A stretch of 63,044 nucleotides of DNA, counting the filler, from Perkinsus chesapeaki ATCC PRA-425 (taxonomy: Eukaryota > Protista > Perkinsozoa): assembly GCA_013115145.1 (NCBI GenBank). It is 7 parts of 7 records of this genome, joined end to end, with 100 filler letters (N's around TTAATTAATTAA, not from the genome) between each part and the next. Parts side by side here need not be neighbours in the genome. Positions count along the whole stretch, not along the records: positions 1 to 21,841 come from JAAPAO010000588.1; 6 more parts are not named here. One strand, given 5' to 3'. This document shows positions 1 to 11,349 of the stretch, piece after piece. The stretch's first letter is position 1. Every line of letters starts with the position of its first letter. The notes beneath the pieces are model-generated. The model saw nothing but the letters and a program-made list of their open reading frames with translations. It made no database searches and was not told where the DNA came from. The position numbers were made by a program, and so were the translations under genes.

Positions 1-390
1 CAGTGGTACCCTCTGTAGGAGCCTCAGTGGTACCTTCTGCGGGCCATTCAGTAGGAGCCTCAGTGGTACCCTCTGTAGGAGCCTCGGTGGTACCCTCTGT
101 AGGAGCCTCAGTGGTACCCTCTGTAGGAGCCTCAGTGGTACCTTCTTCGGGCCATTCAGTTGGAGCCTCAGTGGTACCCTCTGTAGGAGCCTCAGTGGTA
201 CCTTCTTCGGGCCATTCAGTTGGAGCCTCAGTGGTACCCTCAGTAGGAGCCTCAGTGGTACCCTCGGTAGGAGCCTCAGTGGTACCCTCGGTAGGAGCCT
301 CAATGGTACCGTCGATAGGGCCATCGGTGGGACCTTGTGTAGTACCCTCAACAGGGCCTTCAGTAGTCACTACATCACCGCATACGTAGG
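1..390 (-). repeat. Coding tandem repeat, 24-bp unit (EAPTEGTT) with 36-bp variants (EAPTEWPEEGTT)
   Basis: Repeated CAGTGGTACCCTCTGTAGGAGCCT on the + strand. The + strand VVPSVGAS ORF is its antisense shadow. Confidence 0.95.
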
Positions 391-814
391 GTTCACCTTC
401 GCAGCTACCATCATCATTATCATAACATAGCGATGAATTTTCCTGAATAAGTATGCCATAGCATACAGGGGGATTGGTCCACGTCTTGCAGTAGGATCCC
501 GACCTAGACTCGAGGCAACTCTCGAGGGAGTCGCATATCTTCATGCAGTCCCAAGCAGGGATAGGAGTGGTAGTAGGTGGTGGCACCTCGCCACACATGA
601 CCGGGGCTAACACCTCATCATCACAATCAGCAGTGCTGTTGCCGGGCTGGAAGCATGTGGTGTCATTGTTCTTGTGATAGAGTCCGAAGCAGCTGTTGTT
701 CTCTTTGCAGTAGGAGCTGCCACACCCCTCAGTTTGCAGACAGTAATCTTCACAGAAGTACGTAGCGTTGACAACTACTATGGAGAAAAAGGCGACAATC
801 GCAGTGAATAACAT
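1..814 (-). CDS. Secreted Cys-rich (two SYCK-motif domains) mucin-like protein, 3' end runs off the window
   Basis: Manual translation from ATG at 814: signal peptide MLFTAIVAFFSIVVVNA; two Cys domains (CEDYCLQTEGCGSSYCKENNSCFGL..., CMKICDSLESCLESRSGSYCKTWTNPPVCYGI...); then EAPTEGTT repeats. No stop before position 1, so it is absent from the ORF track. Confidence 0.8.
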   Translation of the reverse strand, partial: MLFTAIVAFFSIVVVNATYFCEDYCLQTEGCGSSYCKENNSCFGLYHKNNDTTCFQPGNSTADCDDEVLAPVMCGEVPPPTTTPIPAWDCMKICDSLESCLESRSGSYCKTWTNPPVCYGILIQENSSLCYDNDDGSCEGEPYVCGDVVTTEGPVEGTTQGPTDGPIDGTIEAPTEGTTEAPTEGTTEAPTEGTTEAPTEWPEEGTTEAPTEGTTEAPTEWPEEGTTEAPTEGTTEAPTEGTTEAPTEGTTEAPTEWPAEGTTEAPTEGTT

Positions 815-1097
815 GGGGAACAAGATAATCAAACAAACCTGGATCAAGGATACAGCTCTGCAGTAAAGCAAACCAATAAGGGCTGTGATAGTTACTGTTT
901 GACCAAACGGTTTGGCGACTTCAAAAATCTTACGGTTTCGTCTTCGCGTGTCGAGTTGTGTCGAGATTCTTTCCGGCGCGCTCTCATCCGCCGGTCCACC
1001 AACTTCTCGCCATAGCAGTTGTTAAACGATGAGTAATGTTTTTGTGTTGAGTTAGTTCTCCTTCAATAACTATATAACTTAGTTTCCCCTTCCCAAG

Positions 1098-2710
1098 ATG
1101 TTTGCATCGTCATGCGTCTCCAAGAAGGATATAGGAGCACGGCAGCTGAACGAGAAATCAGAGGCCAAGTTGGTAATAACGGGTTCATGTGGGCGTAGTA
1201 GGATAGCCAAGCAGCAGGTTGAGAGGTTGAAGCGGACAATGTGGGATCTATGCAAGTGGGGACGGGAGACCTTCCCTGGCTCCCAGCCCATCAGCTTCGG
1301 GCGCCGGAACCTCCGAGATGTCAGTAAGTAGTTAGAAGTCGGTGATGTCTTCACCGTAGTGGAGCGTGTCAGCTCAACGGCCTTATGTGATTGGGGAGAA
1401 GTCCGACGGAGAACGCCATATGCTTATAACGGACAATGAGACACGCGGGGTCTACCTGGTCGATCGACGATTCAACTTTTACCAGATTAAACTGTAAAAT
1501 GTTGCGCGGAGAGCAGCAGCCCAGTAGTGTGTCATCTAGGCATTTACCAAACAAGGAACACACGGGCATAGTGGACACCACACTACTTGACGGCGAAGTG
1601 GTCGAAGACGGTCATGACTCCGACAAGCAAACTGTCAGGTGCTACTGTACATCCGTCCGCAGTAGTGAGGTACGACTTTGAGCAGGTTTTTAGTATACGA
1701 CGCCGTAGCTGTTAATGGGCAGTGTGTTCGGGACATGAATCTCATGCGAAGATTGCAGGCTGTAGGTTATCGTAGTGAGGGAGGGAGGGTATCGGAGCGC
1801 TATCAGTTTATGGAAGAAGTCCTCATGCCGAGACGAAAGCTACCGATGGAGAAGAGAGCGCACGATGCGTTCCAAGTCTACCTCAAAGATTTTTTCGAGG
1901 TCAGCTTGGATGCACCCGCCGTATTTCACTTACAAGGCAGGTAACGGATTGTGATACGGTTATGAACTTCGGCAAGCGTCTCCCTCACGAATGTGATGGT
2001 CTCATTTTCACCCCGGTCATGCCGCCCTACATCGCTGGTAATACGCAGCCCTCCTTCGTTCGTAGCCCGACAGTTAGTTTTGCAGGAACTTGTCGGCAGC
2101 TGTTGAAGTGGAAACCAGCCCACATGAACACTGCAGACTTCGCGGTTGAGTTGGTGATGGGCAACACTATGCAGGAGTTCCACGTGAAGCTCCTAGCTGC
2201 GAGTGAGGGTGTACGATTGTTCATTGGAGGCTGCGGGCATCTTCGCGTCAGGTGCAAGTCTTCCAAGGGATTTGGCTGTCGAGGAGCGGCCCTCATTGGC
2301 AGTGGCTAACTGAGAATACACGGCAAGTTAACGGTGCTATAATAGAGTGCAATTGGGACCCTAAGACATACACCTTTGTACGCTACTCTCTCCACTCAAA
2401 AGGAGGAGCTGTCCTTGGCGGTCATCAGGTGCCTTCGGATTCTATGGCATATGTCGAGACTGGAGATTGGGTGCCGGGGGGATGGCAGTTTCAAAGAGTA
2501 GGACGAAATACGGTACTATCTAACTTTCGTTGCTGTCAGATACGAACTGATAGAACATCTCCGAATGACGAGCGAGTAGTTGATAGAGTGAAGAAGTCCA
2601 TAGCAGACTCGGTGACCTTTGATGAGCTCAGCGATTACATCCACACCAATGCTCGATCACAGAAGGTACGACGCCAGGCGACACTAACCGAGCGTAGCTC
2701 GTCACTGTAG
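1098..2710 (+). CDS. CEG1: mRNA capping enzyme, guanylyltransferase (multi-exon)
   Basis: Motifs in order across exons: FPGSQP, EKSDG (motif I KxDG, ~1397), LLDGE (III), FLVYD (IIIa), KDFF, DGLIFTP (IV), LLKWKP (V), OB-fold IIECNWD and RTDRTSPN (VI). Confidence 0.92.
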
Positions 2711-2921
2711 GTTGTCGAAATGTGTAAAATGCCGTCTTGGTGGGAAAATAAGAAAGGGCAGGATGAGGCCGACACTAAACGACAACGAGTCGGGTGAATT
2801 ATATTTTCGTGGGTTGAGTTGGTCAATCTTTTACTATGCAACAAAACCAACAGACGAACATCATACAACAACAGCAACATGAACATCTGCATAATATCGA
2901 AAGCTATCATCATCATCATCC

Positions 2922-4251
2922 TTAGTCGCTATCCTCACTTGACGATGCACCATCGGTGGCCTTATGGATTTCCTCCAGCGAATCGATGTATGCAAGGACG
3001 ACATTAGAAGTCATATTCTGTACGTTCTTGGGGTACTTCAGGAGCTGCCTAGAAACCCTCTCAACATGTTTAAGCTCCCAAGCCACAAAATCTAGGAACT
3101 TCTGGCACCTCCCTCCGCTGGAGACGAGCTCATCCCTCATCGATTTATAATTTGATATATCAACAGTGAGGAGAGGCCTTTGATGTCTGATTTGATCACC
3201 CCAAATTAAGGTGTTCAATTCCTTCATCCATCCAGTCTTCAAAGGAAGGCTATTCCTGAGAAATACGCAATCGTCGAATAACACTTTATTCACACGCTAC
3301 CCTTTATTATCGTTCTTGTCGAACCCTGTCACTTCGAATCTGCCAATCTCATTTCTCCACCCTCCAGTCAGAACCGTATGGTGAACGACTCCTTCGGCAG
3401 TCTTCAGCCCTCCCAACGTAGTGCACTTCTGAAAATAACAACAAAGCACGAAGTTCTCCACTGGTCAAGGATACTCCCCTAAGCGACGGCGAGGGACGAT
3501 TTTTCACGTTCAGCGATATGTTACCGTAGCTTGTTGAGGATGTTGAGTAAACTGGGCCATGTACTTATGTTGCAAGACAGCGCTACCCAATGCCCATGCC
3601 ACAAAATCCTTGCTGTCGACCGCGGGTGGAGTATCAGCATAGTAGAGTTGGTTGTTCAGGGCAATAGAATCGCCCAAGGCTTTCAACGCCTCCTCACATG
3701 ACTTGGCATCTTTGGTTATCTCGTGCAATGTGAACGGCATGCGAGCTGCTAAGGTCGTTAGAATGCCTGGGCCTCCATAGCGCTCCACCCCCAGCATTGG
3801 AAGATACTGGCTCATCATCTCGGAGGGAGAAATAATCTCGGTATTTTCCCTGGAAACAAAAAGTACAAGATTTTATCGCAGCGGGTGACGGCTACATGCC
3901 ATTAATCGCAGAGATCGCCACAAGGTTACCCAACGTCAAACTGGCTTCCCCTGGAACGATTCTTGACCAAGTCGCAGTCAGTTTAGCCGAGTAAGAAGGA
4001 TAAGATGCATGTGAAGTGTACTTGGCCGCACACGTTTCATCATCGGCAGACAGCAACCCATCGACGACATCTTCGGAAATAGTTGAGAGCCTTCCACGAG
4101 CGGGCGCGAATGAACCACCGCGAAGGTCCTTGGTAGACCTTTGGGCTTTAGATGGGCTATAGGATCCCCTTAGCCAGAAATGGCTAGCATCAGCAATGGG
4201 GAACAACAACACCGTAACAATGAAGAAGGATGAGTTGCTAAGGGTCAACAT
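2922..4251 (-). CDS. Hypothetical secreted protein (multi-exon; joins ORFs 3892-4332, 3510-3818, 2922-3293)
   Basis: Signal-peptide-like MLTLSNSSFFIVTVLLFPIADA; co-linear minus ORFs separated by short GT..AG segments. No recognisable domain. Confidence 0.5.
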
Positions 4252-4628
4252 GGTCGTGGGCAAAGACGACTGACGAGACACAACAGGGCGAGACTGGATC
4301 GCAACAAAACAAGTAGCCGCGAATTGATGCAAGATTTAATAAGAATATTACGAACCCATGCCCTTCGTGATTCACCATGAACGCATGCCCACTTCACATG
4401 TGTTTCCACCAACCGCGGGACCGTCCGAGCGCTGGTGACCATACCCTCATGGTGGAAAATCTATCCGGGCGATGCCACTGCCCAGCTGGAGGTACGGAAT
4501 TAAGTCCATATCATCATCTGGCAGGGGGAACTCGGCGATTGAGGTACGGTCGAGGATGAAGGTGTTATTTAGCCTCACTACACTGAAAAGGGCAATGGAA
4601 GCGCGCAAGAAATTATGTAATGTGATCC

Positions 4629-7193
4629 CTACATTTCCCTCGGGGCCGGTCTGGCCACTCCGACCACAGTTATTATGTCGCCGACCTCCCACCGAATTCG
4701 AGCTGTTATCGGCGAGGACCAGACGATCTCTCTGGAGTTGCCGAGCCCCACCCGGAGGAAGCCCCCAGCCAGGAAGTAGTCACAGGAAGCCACTCTTGCC
4801 CTATAGGCGTACACAAGATGATCGTTCCCCTTCACAGTAGTGACCCTAGGGCGAACCGGTGGCCCTGATATGACTTCAGCGCCCCTCGGCTGAGCGTTTT
4901 GTACGGGTCTGGACGGATGGATTGGAGGGATGTCCCGCCCATGGCCAGGAGGAGGGTCGGTCTCCCTATTATAGGATACTATCTTGCCATCCACCAGCAC
5001 CACATTTTCCCGACTGTGCTTGCTGCTGCTGCCGCTACCCTCGGCTACCCCTCGCCAAAGTCGATCTCGAAGTACCTCATGGTAGCCTTCTTGATTTGGT
5101 TCCATCTCCCGAGCTGGCGCCCGTGGCGATCTTTCCCTTGAAGTCGAGGATGGCCGGTCCCCTCCGCTGGGTTCGATGGGTGGGGTTTGAGTCTCGACGG
5201 TGGAGACCGTAACCCTGTAGTCCCCAGTAGACCTGTCCTCAGTCGGCTTTCGAGGGCTAATGTCGACGTCTTTACTCCCAACAAGTCCCATAACCGGCCT
5301 TGTTTTATAAGCAACTGTGTTCGGCATCACTGCGATAGGCAGGGACGGCCTGACAGTCCACCTTGGCGATTCCTCCCTTGCCAGTTTGGTGTCCTCTCTC
5401 GAGACAGGTGGCATCCAAATGGGTAACGGCCACACGTATGCTGGGAGGACCTCCCCTTTAGGCCGTTCATCGACCATCGGAGAGCACGGCTTTTCATCGG
5501 CCTTGTTGGCTCCTGGCAAGCTGCTGCTAATCGCTTGTGCAGCCGAAGGACTGGCACCGCATTTCCGGCACGGAAGGGCCGATGGTGGTTCAAGGTGGGA
5601 TCTCAGAGCTGTCCAGTCGGCCTCGACTTTAGCAACGTGCACCGGTTGCCCGGCCGCGCTAACCGATTCGGATACCCTCCTTCTTTCTAGATGTCTCGTC
5701 ATATCTCTGGCACGTTGAATCTCTGCCATAAGCTCCCTCACAGAAGGCTTAGGCTTGCCCTTCTGTGCCTCCATGTCGACCTCCGCTCTCTTCAATGGAC
5801 TTAACTTTCGCAGCACTGCCTCCTCCAAGGCAAGTTCCGTCTCGAAAGCCACTCGACTGTTTGCTCGTTCCTGGCCGCCAACGTATTGATGACCAGCCGC
5901 GTCGCTGTCCACCAACACTTCTTCCATTCCATCAGGTCTCTGTTCCTCAATCCTGCCATCTATCCACTCCTCGCTCATCACCGACGACTCTTTACTGCCC
6001 CGCTCGATCATTCCCCCAGCAGACGGCTCGATCGCTTGAGCCGGAGAGACCTCTGCCCCGCTGCGACGAGTTGGCCCGAGGTTAGGCGGGAGAGCTAGCG
6101 ACCTTCTCAAGCCCTCCAGCGCCTTCTTCAACCTCCTATCCCGATGATGCTCCAGTGGAGTCTTGATCGGTCTTTCCTTATTTATATTTGCATCTGCGAC
6201 TTCAGCTGCTGAGGAGGCATGGGTTTGTTTCAATTGTTGTGCCTTGACCATCTCGAATGGCGCCAATGGAGAAACTTCGGCGTTCCTAGAAGATCTCCGC
6301 GAATCTCCTTCGTCATTCTCAGAAGACTTCAATGAAGCTCCTTCCTTCCCTCCAGAAGACTTCAATGAAGCTCCTTCCTTCCCTCCAGAAGACTTCAGAG
6401 AAGCTCCGCTGTCCTCACAAGATCTCCGCGAATCCCCTTGGCTGCTTTCACAAGGTCTTCGCGTAGCTTTCTCGTTGTTCTCCGAAGACCACAATAAATC
6501 GTTGTTCAGAGGAAATCGCCTCATCGGTAGATGCATACTTCTTTCTTCGGCGCCTATTGGTCCCCCAACAACCCTCCGATCCCCCTCTGTAACGTCGGCA
6601 TAATCTGAACCTCTTCGATCTCCACGGGCAGTTTCGGCATTCATTATATCGGACTCGGTCAGCGGCGGAGCACTAGGCCCCGAGGATGAGGATGCCACCG
6701 AGTTCATCGCTAAGCCGGTGAGATTGTCCCTCGTTAAAGTGAGCGGGGGCGGTAGCAGTGGAAGTGCCTCCCTCAAGTCATCATCTTCTACAGGAATGTC
6801 CTCACCATCGTTCACCACCTCAAATGCCTCCGCTGCCCTGGTCACAGATGAGGTCTTTTGTAAGCGCTTGTTACGTGGTGGCGGGTCAGTCTGTATAAGG
6901 CTCTTCCCTGCTGCCACCAGATTAGTCTTCACTTCTGCGTCCTGCGTCATCAGACTTTCTCTGTTGTTCTGTTTAACTCGGGTGACTTGACCATCTCTCG
7001 GATAGCTCTGCTTGATCTGCGTTGTGTTATCTTCTCTAGTAAACGTCCTTCCACCCCCCCTCGGGTAGCTGCCTCCTATCTGCCTCCTCGATCCTGCCAT
7101 TCCACTATCCTTTGCAGCCACAGACCCTCGACGACTTGGTGATATCACAACAAGCTCTCCGTCAGAGTCATATCTGATAAACCAGTAGCCCAC
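4629..7193 (-). CDS. Hypothetical 854-aa, largely low-complexity protein with a globular-looking C-terminus
   Basis: Single 2.5-kb open frame with a short internal repeat (GASLKSSGGKE). Overlapping -1 frame ORF 4447-4692 may continue it. Confidence 0.6.
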   Translation of the reverse strand: MGYWFIRYDSDGELVVISPSRRGSVAAKDSGMAGSRRQIGGSYPRGGGRTFTREDNTTQIKQSYPRDGQVTRVKQNNRESLMTQDAEVKTNLVAAGKSLIQTDPPPRNKRLQKTSSVTRAAEAFEVVNDGEDIPVEDDDLREALPLLPPPLTLTRDNLTGLAMNSVASSSSGPSAPPLTESDIMNAETARGDRRGSDYADVTEGDRRVVGGPIGAEERSMHLPMRRFPLNNDLLWSSENNEKATRRPCESSQGDSRRSCEDSGASLKSSGGKEGASLKSSGGKEGASLKSSENDEGDSRRSSRNAEVSPLAPFEMVKAQQLKQTHASSAAEVADANINKERPIKTPLEHHRDRRLKKALEGLRRSLALPPNLGPTRRSGAEVSPAQAIEPSAGGMIERGSKESSVMSEEWIDGRIEEQRPDGMEEVLVDSDAAGHQYVGGQERANSRVAFETELALEEAVLRKLSPLKRAEVDMEAQKGKPKPSVRELMAEIQRARDMTRHLERRRVSESVSAAGQPVHVAKVEADWTALRSHLEPPSALPCRKCGASPSAAQAISSSLPGANKADEKPCSPMVDERPKGEVLPAYVWPLPIWMPPVSREDTKLAREESPRWTVRPSLPIAVMPNTVAYKTRPVMGLVGSKDVDISPRKPTEDRSTGDYRVTVSTVETQTPPIEPSGGDRPSSTSRERSPRAPAREMEPNQEGYHEVLRDRLWRGVAEGSGSSSKHSRENVVLVDGKIVSYNRETDPPPGHGRDIPPIHPSRPVQNAQPRGAEVISGPPVRPRVTTVKGNDHLVYAYRARVASCDYFLAGGFLRVGLGNSREIVWSSPITARIRWEVGDIITVVGVARPAPREM

Positions 7194-9716
7194 AAGTGGC
7201 CAAGGTCCGCCCTACCCGAACATTGGTACATAGTCGGCTCCTTCAGGAAGAGTAAGACGACGCCGTACCCCCGCCGATGATGATCCTAAATATCAGTTCT
7301 TTGCATCCATACAAGGTTATCTTACCTGTTGTAGCCATTAACCTACGCCTGCAGCGCAACCCACATGAGCATTAACTGATAAGCCCTCAGAACTGGTAGT
7401 CAGATTTCCTCTCATCAAACTGCTGCCCTTTTGTTGTGACAACTCAAAACGAGACGTGATTTAAGCACATTAATATAATACACTTAGCTATGACGATTTG
7501 CTGGCAGATGAAGTGCCGCTGAATGTTTGATACCAAAATCAACAACAGGGCTGCTTGTTGGTTTCTGGTATTATTGATGATGGCATCTTCGACAGCAGCA
7601 GCTGCGTGCAGATAAGGAGACTTAGGGGCGACGACATCGGCTCTTGTATGCTTGTAGTGCTACTAAACTATACAACTACATTGAAGACCCCAGAAGATAT
7701 CCATTCGGATCAGCAGGGGCACAATGGTAGCAGCAGCAGAAGTAGCAGCAGGAGCATTGAATGCTTGCGATGATGATGATGCCGCCATAGATGAAGCCCC
7801 AATAACTAGGCAACGCCATAATGTGCTGCTATTATTAAGACATTATTATGATGTTCGACTAGGACGACGAAGACAACAACAATAACAACAAATTGGTATA
7901 CGGTAGACTTGATGATGATGGTAGTAGTAGTACTACTTGTTGTTGTTGTAGTAGTAGTTGAGGATGGCAGTGGTAGTATTAAACATCATCATCATGCGTT
8001 ATTATTATTATCAATGATAGAAGTAGTGATGTTGTAGCCACGAAAAGTGGAGTGGACGGTAAATACGTAACCTCGCCAAAGAGCGATTTCGCGGGCTCGG
8101 GTACTTAGACACACGTCCTTATCAAAATGTGGCAGCAACAACAGCAACAACAACAGACAGACAGAAGAGAGAAGAGAGAAGAAGGAGAAGCAGGCAAGAC
8201 TAGTGATAACAACTCGTGACTATGCCCAAGTCACAAAATTATGCAGTAATACCACTACATCCCAGACGCTGACGGTAACAGGACGATAATAGCACATATC
8301 ATTATTATGCGATAGCTTTAGCGCCAGCACCAGCAGTGCCGCCTCCAATACGGAGGAAGATGTTGATAGTGGTAAAAAGCATCAACATCAGAGGGTAGTA
8401 GTAGAAGTAGCAGTAGTATTGGCTGTTGTTGCATATCTCAATCGTACAGCATCAGCACGTCGAGCAACAACGGCCGTAGTAAACGCAACGATGGTGATGA
8501 GACTGCTGTTGGTAGCTGCTTAGAACTACGAGCAGTTCCAAAACCACAGGGAAGACGGTGCTCTCTGGACAAAGGGAAAGCCGCATAGTCGCGGGGATAG
8601 TGCAGATAATGTGCTCGAAAGCACCCCTTAATCGTAGGGGCAAAAATGTGATAGGCAACAATAACAACAAACCAGAAAAGGACTTCATCACCACAACAGA
8701 TAGCTTCCATGCAATAGGAAGCAATCACGGATTTAACATCAAGATAGAGATTAGAAGCAGCTATGTCCTCCAGAGACCACCGGCGGCGGCGGCGCAGCAG
8801 GAGCCAGGCAGCAGCTGTTATCTCGAAAGGGCCCACGGTTACGTGTTATGACTATCCCAAATCGAGAAAAATGACGGCAATCTTAGAAGCACATCTTTTG
8901 CTTTAACAATCCTCGATGATGATGGTGATGAAGTCGTTATTGTTCGGAGCTAGCAGTAATAGAAGGCTGCAGCAGCAGCCCGCCGAGTGCCCAGAGGATA
9001 ACGCTGTAGATTATTATTGAGGTAAGCCAGCAGCAGCAGCAGCAAGTACTAGTAGCAACAGTAGAAGAGGAAGACAGCAGCAGCAGAGAAAGGCCAAACG
9101 CTACGGTTAACGGAGACGACGATAGTAGTGGTTATGATGGTGGTTATGATGGCTACTACTAGTAATGATAGAGAATGATGACAATGATAATAATAAGGGG
9201 TAGAGGAGGAGCACCGGGACAACGGCGTGATCAACGGCAGCAGCAACAGCAGGAAATAAATCTTCTGCAACATGACAACAATATGATACATTAGGTAATG
9301 AGGGTATCATAATAAACCTCGAAACTAATATAGATATCATCATCAAATGTAGGGAAAGAACTAAGACCACTGAGCCAGCAGTTGTGTCGACGACGACGAC
9401 GACGATGACTCATCCTCAAGAGGGTCAGTCTAAAAGAAGCAATACACTGACAAGGATGCACCTCTTGTGAGATTATTATTCGTAAATGTTAGCAAGTACT
9501 GCCCAGACCGAGGCAACCGAGGCCTAGAGGTGGACGACGACAAGCTTGCAATGATACATCATCATAGTCAAGGAGAAGAAGAGAGTAGCATCGCCAGAAT
9601 CAGCATTCGCCATAACGTCGTCATCTTAAACAGCAACAAGAAGTACAGGATAAAAGGGTACCACTGGGAGGGCTATTGGGGCACACAGTAGTAACCCAAG
9701 AACCTACTGGCAGCAA

Positions 9717-10910
9717 TTAGCATCCCCAGGCAGTGGAAGAGGAGGATGAGGATGGATTCAAAGCAAACATCTTCTCCAACGCATCAACAAGACCAGACCA
9801 ACCTTGAAATTCACAAGGCAATTGGTCGTTCTTGGAAGTGATGACTGGAGTGGGCACGGTCATATCATAGCCCATAGAATCGGATGCAGCCTCCGCATAG
9901 CACATGCCAAAGGGGGTACCATAAAGAGGTTGCTGCTGCTGATGCCCTTGTTGTTGGCTTCGATCAGGGAGGTAGGTAAACGGCGAACTGGCATCAAATA
10001 ATGGCGATGCATTGAGGCCATACTTAGTAGGGCTCGATCGAGCGGTAGAGCTGCCGCCAGTGGCAGTAGATTGGGCGCTAGCAGGCGACGAGACACTTCC
10101 AATAGACGAAGATGATAGCACAGCCGGACGATGAGTAAATGACCTGCAAGATTCCTCGGACGAAACGATGCTGCTGTTCTTTTTATTGTTGCTGCTCAGC
10201 AGACGAGCAGTAGAAGTAGTAGCAAGACATTCCGGCAGTATTTTTATTGTTGTGGTTGGTCTCATCGTTACGCAATCAGGACAATTGACATCATCGTCCT
10301 TGTGTGCTAAACAGGGGGAAGGCGACGGGGTGCCAAGTAAAGACTTCTGAACGGCGACGACGTGGCTGCTGCTGTTGGTCTTGTTGACACCATTATCTTC
10401 ACCCCTCTCTTCATTTCCTTCATCATCACTATTATCCTCCTCATCATCATGATCCATAGCCGCTAGCTTCTGGGCTAATGCCTTAGAGCGCTTCTTTTTA
10501 GAAGGCCTTTGGCGAGACTTCTCCTTACGGTTGCGGCGTCTCTGCTCATCGGCAGGTATTGCACATGCGCTATGGTGGCATCTATCACAAGCTGCACCTT
10601 CACGGCAACCACGACTGGAGTAAGCGAACCAGCAGCCTCTACCACAGTTCAATGTCGTGCAGGAACCAACAGATAGCTCGCCCAGGATGGTGTCGTTAGC
10701 CATTGCTTTAGCATAGGAGGTCGGAGATAGAGGCTCCCCTACCGGATGAACTTTATGGTGGTGAGTAGATTCATTGGCGTCCATGCATTCATCGGGGGAG
10801 GCGGGGTGACTCGGCAATCGGAGAGGAGTTGCAGAGAGAGCGGTATGAGTAAGGTGGGGTTCCATAGACGATGATGATTGCCTCGGATCCGAACCGATGC
10901 ACGTGGACAT
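9717..10910 (-). CDS. C3H1-type zinc-finger protein, low-complexity flanks
   Basis: CWFAYSSRGCREGAACDRCH (C-x8-C-x5-C-x2-CH) followed by a basic NLS-like stretch. ATG of MSTCIG at 10910 taken as the start. Confidence 0.7.
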   Translation of the reverse strand: MSTCIGSDPRQSSSSMEPHLTHTALSATPLRLPSHPASPDECMDANESTHHHKVHPVGEPLSPTSYAKAMANDTILGELSVGSCTTLNCGRGCWFAYSSRGCREGAACDRCHHSACAIPADEQRRRNRKEKSRQRPSKKKRSKALAQKLAAMDHDDEEDNSDDEGNEERGEDNGVNKTNSSSHVVAVQKSLLGTPSPSPCLAHKDDDVNCPDCVTMRPTTTIKILPECLATTSTARLLSSNNKKNSSIVSSEESCRSFTHRPAVLSSSSIGSVSSPASAQSTATGGSSTARSSPTKYGLNASPLFDASSPFTYLPDRSQQQGHQQQQPLYGTPFGMCYAEAASDSMGYDMTVPTPVITSKNDQLPCEFQGWSGLVDALEKMFALNPSSSSSSTAWGC

Positions 10911-11349
10911 TAGGTTACGCGGTTTAATCAAAGATCCGGCAATAAGCAACTGAAGATAATTCGATGAAGCGCCGTCCCGATGGAGGAGGGTCAGCGAACT
11001 GGACCTAAAAGAATATTTTGCTAGCTTGGTAAGCTAGACTTAGATACGGAATCTATGTACTGGATACGATATATATTTATTCATTCTTATCATTCCAGTT
11101 TTCTATTCACACCCCTATACCTACTAATAGTAGGCTCCTATAAGTTTACTATCCAAGAATCGGCTTCGCACTTTGCACGCATACGCAAATCCAACCCAAT
11201 CCGACCATTCCCGTATCTTGCACGCTCAACCTAGAGATACCTTCAATAGTCCAACTTTCCGACAGAGGTATCTTCCATTAAGCACTGACCCTGAACAACA
11301 GTCGCTAGCAGCAAAGGAAGCTCAAGGCAGCAGCCTGGGCGCGCGAAAA

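Noticed and set aside
3296-3360. Additional tRNA-like intron fragment (GATTCGAAGTGACAGGGTTCGAC, minus); similarly GGGTTCGAATC at ~14937
   Set aside because: No closing T-stem or acceptor end; could be chance.
4899-6990. Plus-strand ORFs overlapping the 854-aa gene
   Set aside because: Antisense ORFs expected opposite a long GC-rich CDS; no motifs.
7300-9700. Possible gene(s) in the CAG/CAT/TAG-rich region
   Set aside because: Only short ORFs and microsatellite-like triplets; no supportable model.
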